A DNA stretch of 64,000 nucleotides from Octopus vulgaris (GCA_951406725.2 OX597832.1:48422001-48486000), one strand, 5' to 3'. Shown: positions 1-12,271, numbered from the stretch's first letter. The notes: generated from the sequence alone by a model not told the origin. Program-made: numbers and translations.

Positions 1-18
1 GGCCTCAAATTTGGGGAA

Positions 19-186
19 AGTCGTTTACATCGACCCCAGTGCGTAACTGGTACTTATTTAATCGACCTCGAACGGATGAAGGGCAAAGCCAGTCTCGGCG
101 GAATTTGAACTCAGACCGTAAAGACGGACGAAGTCCCGTTAAGCTTTTCGTCCAGTGTGCTAACGATACTGCCAGCTCGCTGCCTT
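19..186 (-). mobile_element. SINE family A, partial copy
   Basis: Matches the family A consensus repeated across the window (cgaccccagtgcgtaactggtactt...gaatttgaactcaga...gccagctcgc); tRNA-like head with B-box GTTCAAATTCC on the minus strand. Confidence 0.8.
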
Positions 187-299
187 TAATAATAACCCTT
201 TCTACAAAAGATAGAAGGACTGAAATTATTTTTTTGGTGGGGGACTAATCGATTCCATCGACTGGTACTTAATTTATTGACCCCCACCTCCGAAAGAAT

Positions 300-482
300 G
301 AGGCGGCAAGCTGGCAGAATCGTAGCGACATTTTGCCCGTCCTTACGTTCTGAGTTTAAATGCTGCCGAGGTCGACTTTACCGTTTATCTCTTCGGGGGT
401 CGAACAAATAATAAGTAGCAGTTAAGTACTGGTGTCGATATAATCGACTAACACCCTCCCCCAAGATTTCAGGCTTTGTGTC
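300..482 (+). mobile_element. SINE family A, diverged copy
   Basis: aggcggcaagctggcagaatcg head, ctgagtttaaat B-box remnant, gaggtcgacttt...ggggtcga body. Confidence 0.7.
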
Positions 483-504
483 AATAAGAGAAAAAATAAA
501 CTAT

Positions 505-811
505 TTATGATGATGATGATGATGATAATTATCAACATCATTGTCGTCGTCGTCATCATCATCATCATTATCATCATCATCATTATCATCATCAACACCA
601 TCATCAACATCAACATCCTCCTCCTTCTCTTCCTCCTCCTCCTCCTCCTCCTCATCATCATCATCATCACCACCACCACCACCACTACCACCACCAACAA
701 CAAAAACAACACGAGCAGTTCCTAAAAATAACAACTTCTAACAATACACCCACAATCGCAACAGCAACAACAATAACAACAACAACAGTTGTATCATCAT
801 CATCATCATCG

Positions 812-844
<33 letters not shown>

Positions 845-1464
845 ACTTCATCAACAGTGGCAACAACAACATCAAGCACCATAGCAAAAATAATAATAAA
901 AAAAGATTTAAAAAAAAGAATCAATAAAGTCGACAAAAACATTCACCAGCGAAAGAAATATGGGGGAAAATAGCTGAATAACAACAAGAACGAGAAGAAC
1001 AGCAGTAACAACAGCAACAACAACGACAACAACAATTGCAAGAGGAGGAACAATGATAACAACAACAGCAACATTAATAATAATAATAATAATAATATTA
1101 GCAGCAACAACAAGACTAGCAACAATAAACAGCATCACCAACAGCAACAGCACCACACCGCAAATATGATTATCACCAGCAATACCACCGCCAACATCAT
1201 ATCTACCACCACCAACACCACCAACATCACTAAAACCAATAAAACCGCCATCAAAACTACCACCACCACCACTATCACCACAACTAAAATCACCACCACA
1301 CCATCATCACCATCACCACCATCACCACAATCACCAGCACCACCATCACCACCTGCACCAGCACCACCATCACCACCACCACTACCACAAACACCACTAC
1401 CACCATCACCACAATCACCATAACCACCGCCGCCACCACCACCACCACCACAATCGCCACCAGC

Positions 1465-1495
<31 letters not shown>

Positions 1496-2040
1496 CCACC
1501 ACCACCACCACCACCACAACCAGCATCACTACAATCACCACCAGCATCACCACCAGCACCATCACCACCACAACCACAACCACCATCACTACAATCACCA
1601 CCAGCAACACCACCAGCACCTGTACCACCACCACCATCACCACCACCATCACCACCACCACCACCGACAACAAGAGCGCCAACAACAACAACAACAACAC
1701 CCCCACCACCCAAAACAACAACAACAGCAGCAACAACAGTTGTAGTTTAGAGAACCGACCGGAAGTCGAGAAATGATGGAAATTCTGGTGTTGTAAAAAA
1801 ACTGTTGCTGTTTGATAGGAAATGGTATTGGCGTTGGTAGCAGGAGTGGTGGTGGTGGTGGTAATTATAGAAGTGGCTGTGGTAGTGGCGGTAGTGGTGG
1901 TGGGATGTGGTGTTTTGTGGCAGTGGTAGGGGTGCTTGAATGGATGTTATGGTTGTAGTGTTGGTACGGTTGCGGTGATGGCGGCGATGAAGAGGCGGTG
2001 GTTGTGATGGTTACAGTGGGAAGAATTGTTATTGTTGTTC
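505..2040. repeat. Mosaic trinucleotide low-complexity tract (CAT/CCT/CAA/CAC on +, switching to GTG/GTT after ~1800)
   Basis: Directly visible; explains the poly-G/P/T/D/I ORFs in the track. Confidence 0.9.
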
Positions 2041-2045
2041 TTCGT

Positions 2046-2270
2046 AAAGTCGGTGAGCTGGCAGAAGAATCCTTCGTACGTTGGATAAAGCGCTTAGCGG
2101 CATTTACCTCTGGCTCATTATGGTCTGAGATCAAATTCCGCCGAGGTCCACTTTGCCTTTCATCCTTTCGTGGGTCGATAAAATAAGTACCAGATGCGCA
2201 GCGGGGTTTCGATGTACTCGACTAGCCCTCTTCCACCAAATTTCCGCCCTTAAGTCAAAAGTACAAAGGG
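2046..2270 (+). mobile_element. SINE family A, diverged copy
   Basis: ggtgagctggcagaa head; ctgagatcaaattccgccgagg; gcctttcatcctttcgtgggtcgataaaataagtacc. Confidence 0.75.
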
Positions 2271-2447
2271 TTATTATTAGTATTAGTAGTACCTATTAAA
2301 AAGATATATGACCAAAGATGTTCCGATCATGACCATCCCGTCAAATATTAAAACGGTGCGATTTCGACTGTATTATCTAATACGTCCTTCGGCACCCCCT
2401 GTTTTTTGCTCTTCCAAAGATACTAGTGTGTGATTTGAGTGACGTTT

Positions 2448-2900
2448 CTTATTTCTTTATTGCCCACAAAGGGCTAAACATAGAGGGGATAAACAAGGAC
2501 AGACAAAAGGGAGTAAGTCGATTACAGTGACTCCAGTGCATAACTGGTACTTAATTTATCGAACCTTAAAGGACGAAAGGCAAAGTCGACCTCGGCGGAA
2601 TTTGAGCTCAGAACGTAACGGCAGACGAAACCCCGCTAAGAATTTCGCCCAGCGTGCTAACGTTTCTTATTTCCTTATTGCCCATAAGGGGCTAAACATA
2701 GAGGGGACAAACAAGGACAGACAAACGGATTAAGTCGATAACATCGACCCTACTGCGTAACTGGTACTTAATTTATCGACCCCGAAAGGACGAAAGGCAA
2801 AGTCGACCTCGGCGGAATTTGAACTCAGAACGTAAACGGCAGACGAAACCCCGCTAAGTATTTCGCCCGGCGTGCTAACGTTTCTGCCAGCTCGCCGCTT
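2448..2900 (-). mobile_element. SINE family A, tandem dimer
   Basis: Two head-to-tail units (2448-2667, 2668-2900); acgtttct present on both flanks. Confidence 0.85.
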
Positions 2901-3307
2901 ATACGTTTCTGGCGTAAATCGAACCGAGTGAGAACATTGTTACTTTCATTAACGATAGACAAAAAAAAGGCGGTTTTGAATAGTGGTAGCAACGATGGTT
3001 GGCAAGGTGATGGGTACGGGTGGAGGGACTACACGGTGACGGTGAGATGAGAGCTGGGCAAACTATAGATCAAAGCAAACTTAATTAATTTGTTTGTTGC
3101 GGTAAACAAAGAGAGGTGATGGAAGAGGATGTGGAAAGAGCGGGGGAAGAAGAAAAGGTAACACAAAGGAACCAGGCTAACCAGTCGGGATGCTATTCTG
3201 GTGGTTTTCACTAATAATAATGGCACAGTAAACCGGGTGGAACAAAGCGAGGGAAAAGTACATTAGTGGACCAGACGAAAATAATTGCAATTCTGGTGTG
3301 TACCATT

Positions 3308-3339
3308 CCATCCATCTATCTATCTATCTATCCATCCAC

Positions 3340-3408
<69 letters not shown>

Positions 3409-3409
3409 C

Positions 3410-3479
<70 letters not shown>

Positions 3480-3486
3480 GTATCTA
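3308..3486. repeat. (TATC)n microsatellite
   Basis: Directly visible. Confidence 0.95.
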
Positions 3487-4167
3487 GCATGTACACACAC
3501 AGATACCACACATACACAAACACACAGAAACACAGAGAAACACACAGATACAGACACACTCACATGCACACATAGCTATCCATTTACCTGTCTGTCAGTT
3601 TGTCTATCAGCCTGTCTGCCTGTTTGTTTGTCAGTCTGTCTGTCTGCCTATGTTATGCAAACTCATGTAAACGCACATTTATGTATAAATGTGCATGACC
3701 ATGTATATATATATATATATATATAAATAAACAGATATATATATATATATAACACACGCACATACACACACTCGCATGTATGCTCGTAAATATAGTTTTT
3801 ATATTGTCTAATTAAGTGCACTCATGCATGCATACATAAACGTACACAAGCACACATACATATATACATACATACATACAAGTATATATGAGAAGACATA
3901 CATAAAACAAAACATTCAAATCTGCACACATACATACAAACAAAAATACTCTGCTGGTGTTGTTGAAATTCCAATGAAGGTGCCTTGGATCTAGGTTAGA
4001 AACCGGTTCTTTCTCTATTGGCAAGAAATCTTGAAATAAAACTGAATAATGATATACTCGCATGCATACATAAATGCACCATGCTGATGTAAAATACAGA
4101 AATGGATTTTATTGCATCTGACAGGAGGCTATCCGTGCATTCAAACTGTGTTACTGCGCTTTATACT

Positions 4168-4400
4168 TATTTCTTTACTACCAACAAGGGGCTAGACACA
4201 GAGAGGACAAACAAGGACAGACAAACGGATTAAGTCGATTACATCGACCCCAGTGCGTAACTGGTACTTATTTAATCGACCCCGAAAGGATGAAAGGCAA
4301 AGTCGACCTTGGCGGAATTTGAACTCAGAACGCAGCGGCGGACGAAATACCGCTAAGCATTTCGTCCGGCGTGCTAACGATTCTGCCAGTTCGCCGCCTT
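4168..4400 (-). mobile_element. SINE family A, full-length copy with target-site duplication
   Basis: Complete head-to-tail consensus; ttactgcgctttatact duplicated at 4151-4167 and 4399-4415. Confidence 0.92.
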
Positions 4401-4719
4401 ACTGCGCTTTATACTGACTGAGAACCCCTAATTGTTTTGGTTCAGGGCTTTTGAAGGTAAACATCCACCTGAGGAATAAATTTGTTTGTGGACTCCTTTT
4501 TTGTGGACAAAAGACAACCACTCCCTACCTAAAATTCCTACTGTAAATTCTTCCTACGACATTAAGCCACACAAAGTCCACTCACACACACACACACACA
4601 CACACACATAGAAACAACCAAAACCACACACATACACACACCTGCACACACGCACATACCCACACATACATACACATATCTTCTACTCTTGCACTCACCT
4701 GTCTTCCGGTCATTTCAAA

Positions 4720-4916
4720 ATGTAACCGCGTGTGTATCGTTGGTGATTTTCATCCCCCGCCTTCCCTTCCTTGGGACTTACCTCTATTTCTGAAGAAGAG
4801 CTGCTTGGCACGAAACGTTAAATCCCCTTTCTTTCCTTTCCTGAGCGTCTGATAATACAGCACTTGTACCACGTCCTCGCGTTATTGCCTTTTCTTGTTC
4901 TTCTTTGATTGGATTC

Positions 4917-4920
<4 letters not shown>
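4720..4920 (+). mobile_element. Penelope-like element terminal fragment (family E) with degenerate hammerhead
   Basis: Homologous to 62955-63162 and 26398-26522; CTGAAGA..GAAACGTTA at 4790-4820; ends in (TA)n. Confidence 0.6.
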
Positions 4921-4984
<64 letters not shown>

Positions 4985-5201
4985 GAAATATTAAAATTAC
5001 TAAGTCTCTCTAAAAGAGAACAGCGGCAGCGTTCCCGGAAAATAATAGTTATCGCCATACTAATATGGCATTCTTATAAAAATAAGAATAAAGCTGTCCG
5101 CTTATTAGCTCCATGAGGCCATCGCCTTAAGTTAGCTATTTGATACACAAACTGTATCCATATAAGCTTCGAACAAGGGAGGTCAGTCGCTCCACACTAC
5201 T

Positions 5202-5263
5202 TGACCGGCAGCTACAGACGCGTTTCGGGGTATTGCCCCTTTTCAATGCAGCGTAGCCAGCCA
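5202..5263 (-). ncRNA. Type I hammerhead ribozyme motif (U3-A8 core variant)
   Basis: Reverse complement of the motif at 5830-5891. Confidence 0.7.
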
Positions 5264-5479
5264 GTAGGTGTCGCTTCCGACAATCTCTGTTCGATGGTTT
5301 TATTTACCTAGTTTCGGTGGAATACATCCACTTGTTTTCAATAATAGAAATATTAAAATTACTAAGTCTCTCTAAAAGAGACAGCGGCAGCGTTCCCGGA
5401 AAATAATACACAAACTGTATCCATATAACCTTCGAACATTGAAAACCAAAACATAGAAATAAATTTAATTAATATAATA

Positions 5480-5519
5480 TACATTGAAAAGGGGCAATAC
5501 CCCGAAACGCGTCTGTAGC
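5480..5519 (+). ncRNA. Type I hammerhead ribozyme motif with truncated stem I
   Basis: taca-TTGAAAA-gggg-caata-cccc-GAAA-cgcg-TC-tgta; predicted cleavage after C5513. Confidence 0.6.
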
Positions 5520-5829
5520 TGCCGGTCAAGTAGTGTGGAGCGACTGACCTCCCTTGTTCGAAGGTTATATGGATACAGTTTGTGTATCAAATAGCTAACT
5601 TAAGGCGATGGCCTCATGGAGCTAATAAGCGGACAGCTTTATTCTTATTTTTTATAAGAATGCCATATTAGTATGGCGATAACTATTATTTTCCGGGAAC
5701 GCTGCCGCTGTTCTCTTTTAGAGAGACTTAGTAATTTTAATATTTCTATTATTGAAAACAAGTGGATGCATTCCACCGAAACTAGGTAAATAAAACCATC
5801 GAACAGAGATTGTCGGAAGCGACACCTAC

Positions 5830-5891
5830 TGGCTGGCTACGCTGCATTGAAAAGGGGCAATACCCCGAAACGCGTCTGTAGCTGCCGGTCA
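5830..5891 (+). ncRNA. Type I hammerhead ribozyme motif (U3-A8 core variant)
   Basis: gctgca-TTGAAAA-gggg-caata-cccc-GAAA-cgcg-TC-tgtagc; stem I extended by tggctggc/gccggtca across an internal loop; predicted cleavage after C5876. Confidence 0.72.
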
Positions 5892-6048
5892 AGTAGTGTG
5901 GAGCGACTGACCTACCTTGTTCGAAGGTTATATGGATACAGTTTATGTATCAAATAGCTAACTTAAGGCGATGGCCTCATGGAGCTAATAAGCGGACAGC
6001 TTTATTCTTATTTTTATAAGAATGCCATATTAGTATGGCGATAACTAT

Positions 6049-6112
<64 letters not shown>

Positions 6113-6117
6113 CATAT

Positions 6118-6191
<74 letters not shown>

Positions 6192-6194
<3 letters not shown>

Positions 6195-6595
6195 TGCAGG
6201 AGTGGCTGTGTGGTAAGTAGCTTGCTAACCAACCACATGGTTCCGGGTTCAGTCCCACTGCGTGGCATCTTGGGCAAGTGTCTTCTGCCATAGCCCCGGG
6301 CCGACCAATGCCTTGTGAGTGGATTTTGTAGACGGAAACTGAAAGAAGCCTGTCGTATATATGTATATATATATATATAAGTGTTTGTGTGTCTGTGTTT
6401 GTCCCCCTAGCATTGCTTGACAACCGATGCTGGTGTGTTTACGTCCCCGTCACTTAGCGGTTCGGCAAAAGAGACCGATAGAATAAGTACTGGGCTGACA
6501 AAGAATAAGTCCCGGGGTCGATTTGCTCGACTAAAGGCGGTGCTCCAGCATGGCCGCAGTCAAATGACTGAAACAAGTAAAAGAGTAAAAGAGTA
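6192..6595 (+). mobile_element. SINE family B (tRNA-derived head, CORE-like segment), full length
   Basis: A/B-box head ggagtggctgtgtgg...ggttcagtcccac, CORE-like cttgggcaagtg, internal TA/TG tract, tail ending (aaaagagt)n; many copies in the window. Confidence 0.9.
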
Positions 6596-6845
6596 ATATA
6601 TTAAATTATAGATAAAACCACTATTAGGCAAATCAAACAGTGAAAAACATAAACCAAAATATAGAAATAAATTTAATTAGTATAATATACAAAATATAAT
6701 ATTTAAATATTTAAATAATTTAAATTTTGAATATTATATTTTATATATTTTGTATATTATATTAATTAAATTTATTTCTATGTTTTGGTTTATGTTTTTC
6801 ACTGTTTGATTTGCCTAATAGTGGTTTTATCTCTAATTTAATATA
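6596..6845. repeat. ~250-bp AT-rich palindrome (arms ~100 bp)
   Basis: gataaaaccactattaggcaaatcaaacagtgaaaaacataaaccaaaa ... ttttggtttatgtttttcactgtttgatttgcctaatagtggttttatc; arm sequence also present at 5442-5481. Confidence 0.85.
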
Positions 6846-6865
6846 TATATATGATGATGATGATG

Positions 6866-7080
6866 ACCCTCTTCGGTCAGACACTGACCATGGGTTTGCA
6901 CCTAGAGAGTTACCCTCTGAGGCACAAGTCTGGGCATGGTTGTTTTTATGGAAGACCACCAGTCGCCCATGCATACTGGCCTCCCCTCTCCACGTCACCG
7001 ATGTTGTTCTGTTGTTCAAGGGAAAGGCAAGGGACGATACAGCTTGGCACCTGTGACGTCGCAACTCATTTCTACAGAAA
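6866..7080 (-). mobile_element. SINE family C, 5'-truncated
   Basis: Reverse complement of the 3' part of 26688-27020; (ATC)n tail. Confidence 0.8.
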
Positions 7081-7204
7081 TATATATAAATATATAAATA
7101 TATATATATAAATATATATATATATAAATATATATATTTATACTGTAAAATTAGATTTAATCCTAAATCTAATTTCTCCCTGTAAGTTTGGATTTACTCC
7201 CTAA

Positions 7205-7373
<169 letters not shown>

Positions 7374-7448
7374 ATATATATATATCCATGCTTCGCCATA
7401 TATATATATATATGTTATATATATATATACATGCTTCGCCATATATAT

Positions 7449-7737
7449 ACTCTTACTCTTTTATTTGTTTCAGTCATTTGACTGCGGCCAGCATCGGTTG
7501 TCAAGCAATGCTAGGGGAACAAACACAGACACACAAACATACACGCACACACACATATATATATACATATATACGACGGGCTTCTTTCAGTTTCCGTCTA
7601 CCAAATCCACTCACAAGGCTTTGGTCGGCCCGAGGCTATAGTAGAAGACACTTGCCCAATGTGCCATGCAGTGGGACTGAGCCCAGAACCATGTGGTTGG
7701 TAAACAAGCTACTTACCACACAGCCACTCCTGCGCCT
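7449..7737 (-). mobile_element. SINE family B, internally deleted
   Basis: Tail and head of the family B consensus with the middle missing; flank atccatgcttcgccata duplicated on both sides. Confidence 0.85.
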
Positions 7738-8168
7738 ATATATATATATGTTATATATATATCCATGCTTCGCCATATGATATCTGCCTACTAAACTCTA
7801 TCACCAGGCCAAACACATTAGTAATGTCTTCTAGTAGATTGTTACGCTGCGTTACGCTAATCGTCGCTTTGCTACACCAAATCACACCGATTTCTACTAT
7901 CCTGTACTAACCACATCACCGTCTAGCCACACGCCATCGACGCTGAAAAAGACACGACGATTCATCACACTGCCACACGTCGAGCTACATGACGTCACAG
8001 CCCGCCCCGGAAGCAGAGTTATTGAAATCGCTTTATCTTACATCCGGTTCAGTGTATACAGGAGCTAGATTCTAGACCGTTAAACAGAGAAAAGCTTTCA
8101 GCTTAATCTGCTCGATAATAATGACGTAGATATAGTTATTGATGAGGATAATTTTGCTATTGGTGAAG

Positions 8169-8244
<76 letters not shown>

Positions 8245-8254
8245 CAACAACAAC

Positions 8255-8447
8255 AACAGCAAAAACAACAATAATAATTATAATAAATGTCCTGATGCAG
8301 TACCAGACAGTGGCTCTCATGGCTGCTGATCTTAACTGATTGGAAGTGTTATCATGTACATTATTTTGTCTTGGTATAGGAGATAGGCTACAGCAAATAT
8401 TCTGCTCAATACCACAGATTTGCTTGTCAGTTGTTTGACCTTAACCA
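8255..8447 (+). mobile_element. 5' part of (AAT)n-embedded non-coding element (same family as 36761-37340)
   Basis: Near-identical start aaatgtcctgatgcagtacca..., including the upstream caacagcaaaaacaacaataataattataat; interrupted by SINE A. Confidence 0.7.
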
Positions 8448-9130
8448 GTACGCAACTGGTACTTAATTTATCGACCCCGAAAGGATGAAAGGCAAAGTTG
8501 AACTCAGAACGTAGCGGCAGACGCAATACCTCTTTCTTTACTGCCCACAAGGGGCTAAACACAGAGGGAACAAACAAGGACAGACAAACGGATTAAGTTG
8601 ATTACATCGACCCCAGTGTGTAACTGGTACTTATTTAATCGAACGCTAAAGGATGAAAGGCAAAGTCGACCTCGGCGGAATTTGAACTCAGAACGTAAAG
8701 ACAGACGAAACACTGCTAAGTATTCCGCTCGGTGTGCTAACGTTTCTGCCAGCTCGCCGCCTTTCACATGGGAAATACCGGTTTCAAATTTTGGCACAGG
8801 GCCAGCAATTTCGGGGAAGTGGGGAAAGTTCTTATTTTATCGATCTTGAGAGGATGAAAGTCAAAGTCGACTTCGGCGGAATTTGAACTCAGAACGTAAA
8901 GACAGACGAAACACTGCTAAGCATTTCGCTCGGTGCGCTTAACGTTTCTGCCAGCTCGCCGCCTTTCACATCGGAAATACCGGTTTCAAATTTTGGCACA
9001 AGGCCAGCAATTTCGGGGAAGGGGCGAAAGAACTTATTTTATCGATCTTGAGAGGATGAAAGGCAAAGTCAACCTCGGCGGTATTTGAACTCTGAACGCC
9101 AAGACGGGCGAAATGCCACTAAGCATTTTT
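8445..9130 (-). mobile_element. Cluster of SINE family A copies including a local ~200-bp tandem duplication
   Basis: Family A units 8445-8762; block tttcacat(g/c)ggaaataccggtttcaaattttggcac repeated at ~8762 and ~8964. Confidence 0.8.
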
Positions 9131-9744
9131 TCCCTATGGGAAAAATTATCGCTGCTTCAGTTGTCGTGGCTACTTTTAGTTGTCTTCCCCTTATCATAAT
9201 TTTTGTTGTTGCCGTGGTGGTAATGGTGGTCATGGTGGTGGTGGAGTTGGAAGTTACCGTGCTCGTGTTCTTATTGTTCTCACTGTTCGACGATGTCTTA
9301 ATTATTGTCCCATTCATTTATTGCGGAAAATCCAGCTTTATAATTGGAATTAAATTCCGGTGCTGTGTTGTCGTAATTGTTGTTGATGTTGCTGTTGCTG
9401 TTCGCTGTCATATTGTCAGTGTGCTCCACTGTAAACTTTGAACTTGGAGAGCGCCCATCTCCGTTTCCACTTGAGAGTCGAAGGCGGAGGACTCTTGCTT
9501 GTCTTGCAACTTGCTATCACAGCTTCCTCTTACTTCTTCTCCTGTGTCTTTTCACTGGGCGGTCGACGCCATACTTGTTTATCAAATTATTATTATTTTT
9601 TTTCAACATGAAATGAAAATTCTCTTTTCGAAATTGAGCCCCCCCAGAGAAGAACAAGCAAACAAATAAACAAACAAACAAAACCTATGCAACGGTGGTG
9701 GTGGTGGTTTTGACAAACATTTTGTAGCAAAAGAAACAATTATC

Positions 9745-10146
9745 TTTTATCTTTTGTTCTTTACTTGTTTCACTCATCAGACGGCGGCCATGCTGGGGCA
9801 CCGCCTTGAAGAATTTTCAGTCGAATATAACGATTCAGGTATTTATCATTTTTAAAAACTTAGTACTTATTCTATCGGACTCTCTGGCCGAAACGCTGAG
9901 TTACGGGGACGTAAACGCCAACACCGGTTGTCAAGCTGTGTGGGGTGGTGGGAACAAAGACAGACACAAAGACACACACACACATACACATGCACAAACA
10001 TACACACATATACACATATATACGGTGGGCTTCTTTCAATTTCCGTCTACCAAATCAACTCACAAGGATTTGGTTGGCCCGAGGGTATAGCAGAAGACGC
10101 TTGCCCAAGGTGCCACACAATGGGATTGAACCCGAAACCATGTGGT
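9745..10146 (-). mobile_element. SINE family B, diverged
   Basis: Similarity to the family B tail and CORE-like part. Confidence 0.75.
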
Positions 10147-10325
10147 TTCGATTTTATAAGCTGAAAAGGGAGCTTGACAAAATTAACTAAATTAGCATAG
10201 AAAAAGGGTTTCATATTTTTTAATAATTAAGATTTAAACTGTTAATATATGAATGGGAAAGAGATAAAGAAATAATTGAATTACTGTAAACCTACTTTTG
10301 GGCCACCCGTATATATATGTATGTA

Positions 10326-10400
<75 letters not shown>

Positions 10401-10469
10401 ATATATATACATATATATACTTACATACATATATACATACATACATACATATTTGTGTATATATATATA

Positions 10470-10549
<80 letters not shown>

Positions 10550-10554
<5 letters not shown>

Positions 10555-10885
10555 GTAAAAAAAATATACAAACTGGGACACGAACGTGAAACATTTAGAA
10601 GACGTCACAAAAAACACGGACGGGACATTCGAAGCCCTCAATCTTCAGTCAAGAACCGGATCATCTTCGCAATTTCGGCTGATTAATGTTGAGATTGCTC
10701 CGACCTGGGCAGCCCCAAAGGAAAATCTAAGCCAAGCGCATTAGATTCCTTGGAAGAAAGCCTCGGATGTATACAAAACAAGGACGGAAAACGGACGATG
10801 TTACACGAATAAAAATACAAAAATACGTAAAAACAATAATGATAATAATAACAACAAAACCAGGACGTCAAGGACAAGTGTCTTT
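10550..10885 (-). mobile_element. Dispersed repeat family F (possibly Penelope-like), next to TA/TG microsatellite
   Basis: Reverse complement matches 41350-41525 (gatgatccggttcttgactgaaga...). Confidence 0.55.
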
Positions 10886-11295
10886 TCAACAGGACGAGTA
10901 AACTTTTGAGCTGGCGTTAGAAGAGTGCCTTAAGTCCACAGAGAGACAAGCTAGTGTGTCTTGCCACAATGACTGCTGGACGCGAAAGGACAGCAGTCGT
11001 TGGCTGGTCACGTGAGGGAAAGAAGGAGGAGGAAAAAGAGGGACAGATGAAGAGAGAAAGGAGGGGACCAATGAACGAGAGGCAGAGAAATGTAGGAGAG
11101 GGGGGAGAGAGACAGTGTTGTAGAGTCGTACAATGTGTTAGAGAATATATACTTACGTATAGGGTATGAAATAGAGCCGAAGTGAGAGGTGAAGGTAGAG
11201 GAGATAAATGGCAAAGAGACCGTCGTACGATTGAGAAAAGGGTGATAGATGAAGAACAAAGGAAGTAGTGAAAAAGCCAACAAACGACGTTTGAA

Positions 11296-11371
<76 letters not shown>

Positions 11372-11384
11372 GTGTGTGTGCGTG

Positions 11385-11623
11385 TTCAAGACAACTATGT
11401 GAAACTTGACGTATGCATGTAAAGAAAATATGAAAAATAATCCAGAATCCTTGTCCGGTACCGGATCGATCCCCAAATCTAATCATTTCGTGCCAGTCAC
11501 GAGGCCAAACATCATTGAAAGTTTCATTCGAATCCACCGAGCAGTTCTTGAGATATCATGTCCACGGATAAATAATCAAACAAACACGACTGAAAACAAT
11601 ACATCCACCATCGCTAAGGCGGA

Positions 11624-11630
<7 letters not shown>
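11385..11630 (-). mobile_element. Non-autonomous Helentron/Crypton-like element fragment (class uncertain)
   Basis: Reverse complement matches 32409-32560: terminal tacctccg..cggaggta hairpin, GTTT tract, gatgaaactttca. Confidence 0.55.
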
Positions 11631-11692
<62 letters not shown>

Positions 11693-11695
11693 TGC

Positions 11696-11780
<85 letters not shown>

Positions 11781-12188
11781 TGTTTGACTTTTGCTTTACA
11801 CTTGTACATGTTGGCTCCAAGTCTCACCCAGAGACCTCAAGAGACAACAGGCTGGAAGTTCACGTTGTTGTTATGCCTAGTGTGCCATATATTTGGTTGT
11901 ACTGGTAGATGTCTAAAATAAATAAATAAATAAATAAAATAAAATAAAATAAAATGTTTGTTTTACACCTTGAGATTACATAGAAAGTATTTTGCGTAGG
12001 ATATGAGCAGTTCCCATGAGCACTATCTTTTGAATTTCTGCCATTTTGGGGTTTCCTGGTATCTGAGTTAGGTAGTTATCAGCCCCTTTTCCTATCATTC
12101 CCAGGGTACCTATGACAAAAGGTATTGTTTTAGTCTTCAGGTTCCACATTTTGCTGATTTCTATTTCAAGATCTTTATATTTGCTCAG

Positions 12189-12192
<4 letters not shown>
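11781..12192 (-). mobile_element. Dong/R4-type non-LTR retrotransposon 3' end, in (AAT)n
   Basis: Minus strand encodes ..EISKMWNLKTKTIPFVIGTLGMIGKGADNYLTQIPGNPKMAEIQKIVLMGTAHILRKILSM*, the C-terminus typical of REL-endonuclease R4/Dong ORFs; both ends lie in TAA repeats. Confidence 0.8.
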
Positions 12193-12265
<73 letters not shown>

Positions 12266-12271
12266 GTTATT

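Larger units (their letters stand above)
4981..6048. mobile_element. Tandem plus inverted ~363-bp non-coding repeat with hammerhead ribozymes (Penelope-like pLTR / retrozyme-like)
   Basis: Unit 4981-5342 restarts at 5343; inverted copies 5482-5844 and 5845-6048; one hammerhead per unit; flanked by (TA)n on both sides. Confidence 0.8.

Noticed and set aside
422-1736. Long ORFs rich in G, P, T, D, V and I
   Set aside because: Open in several frames on both strands because they are trinucleotide mosaics; no domain or splice evidence.
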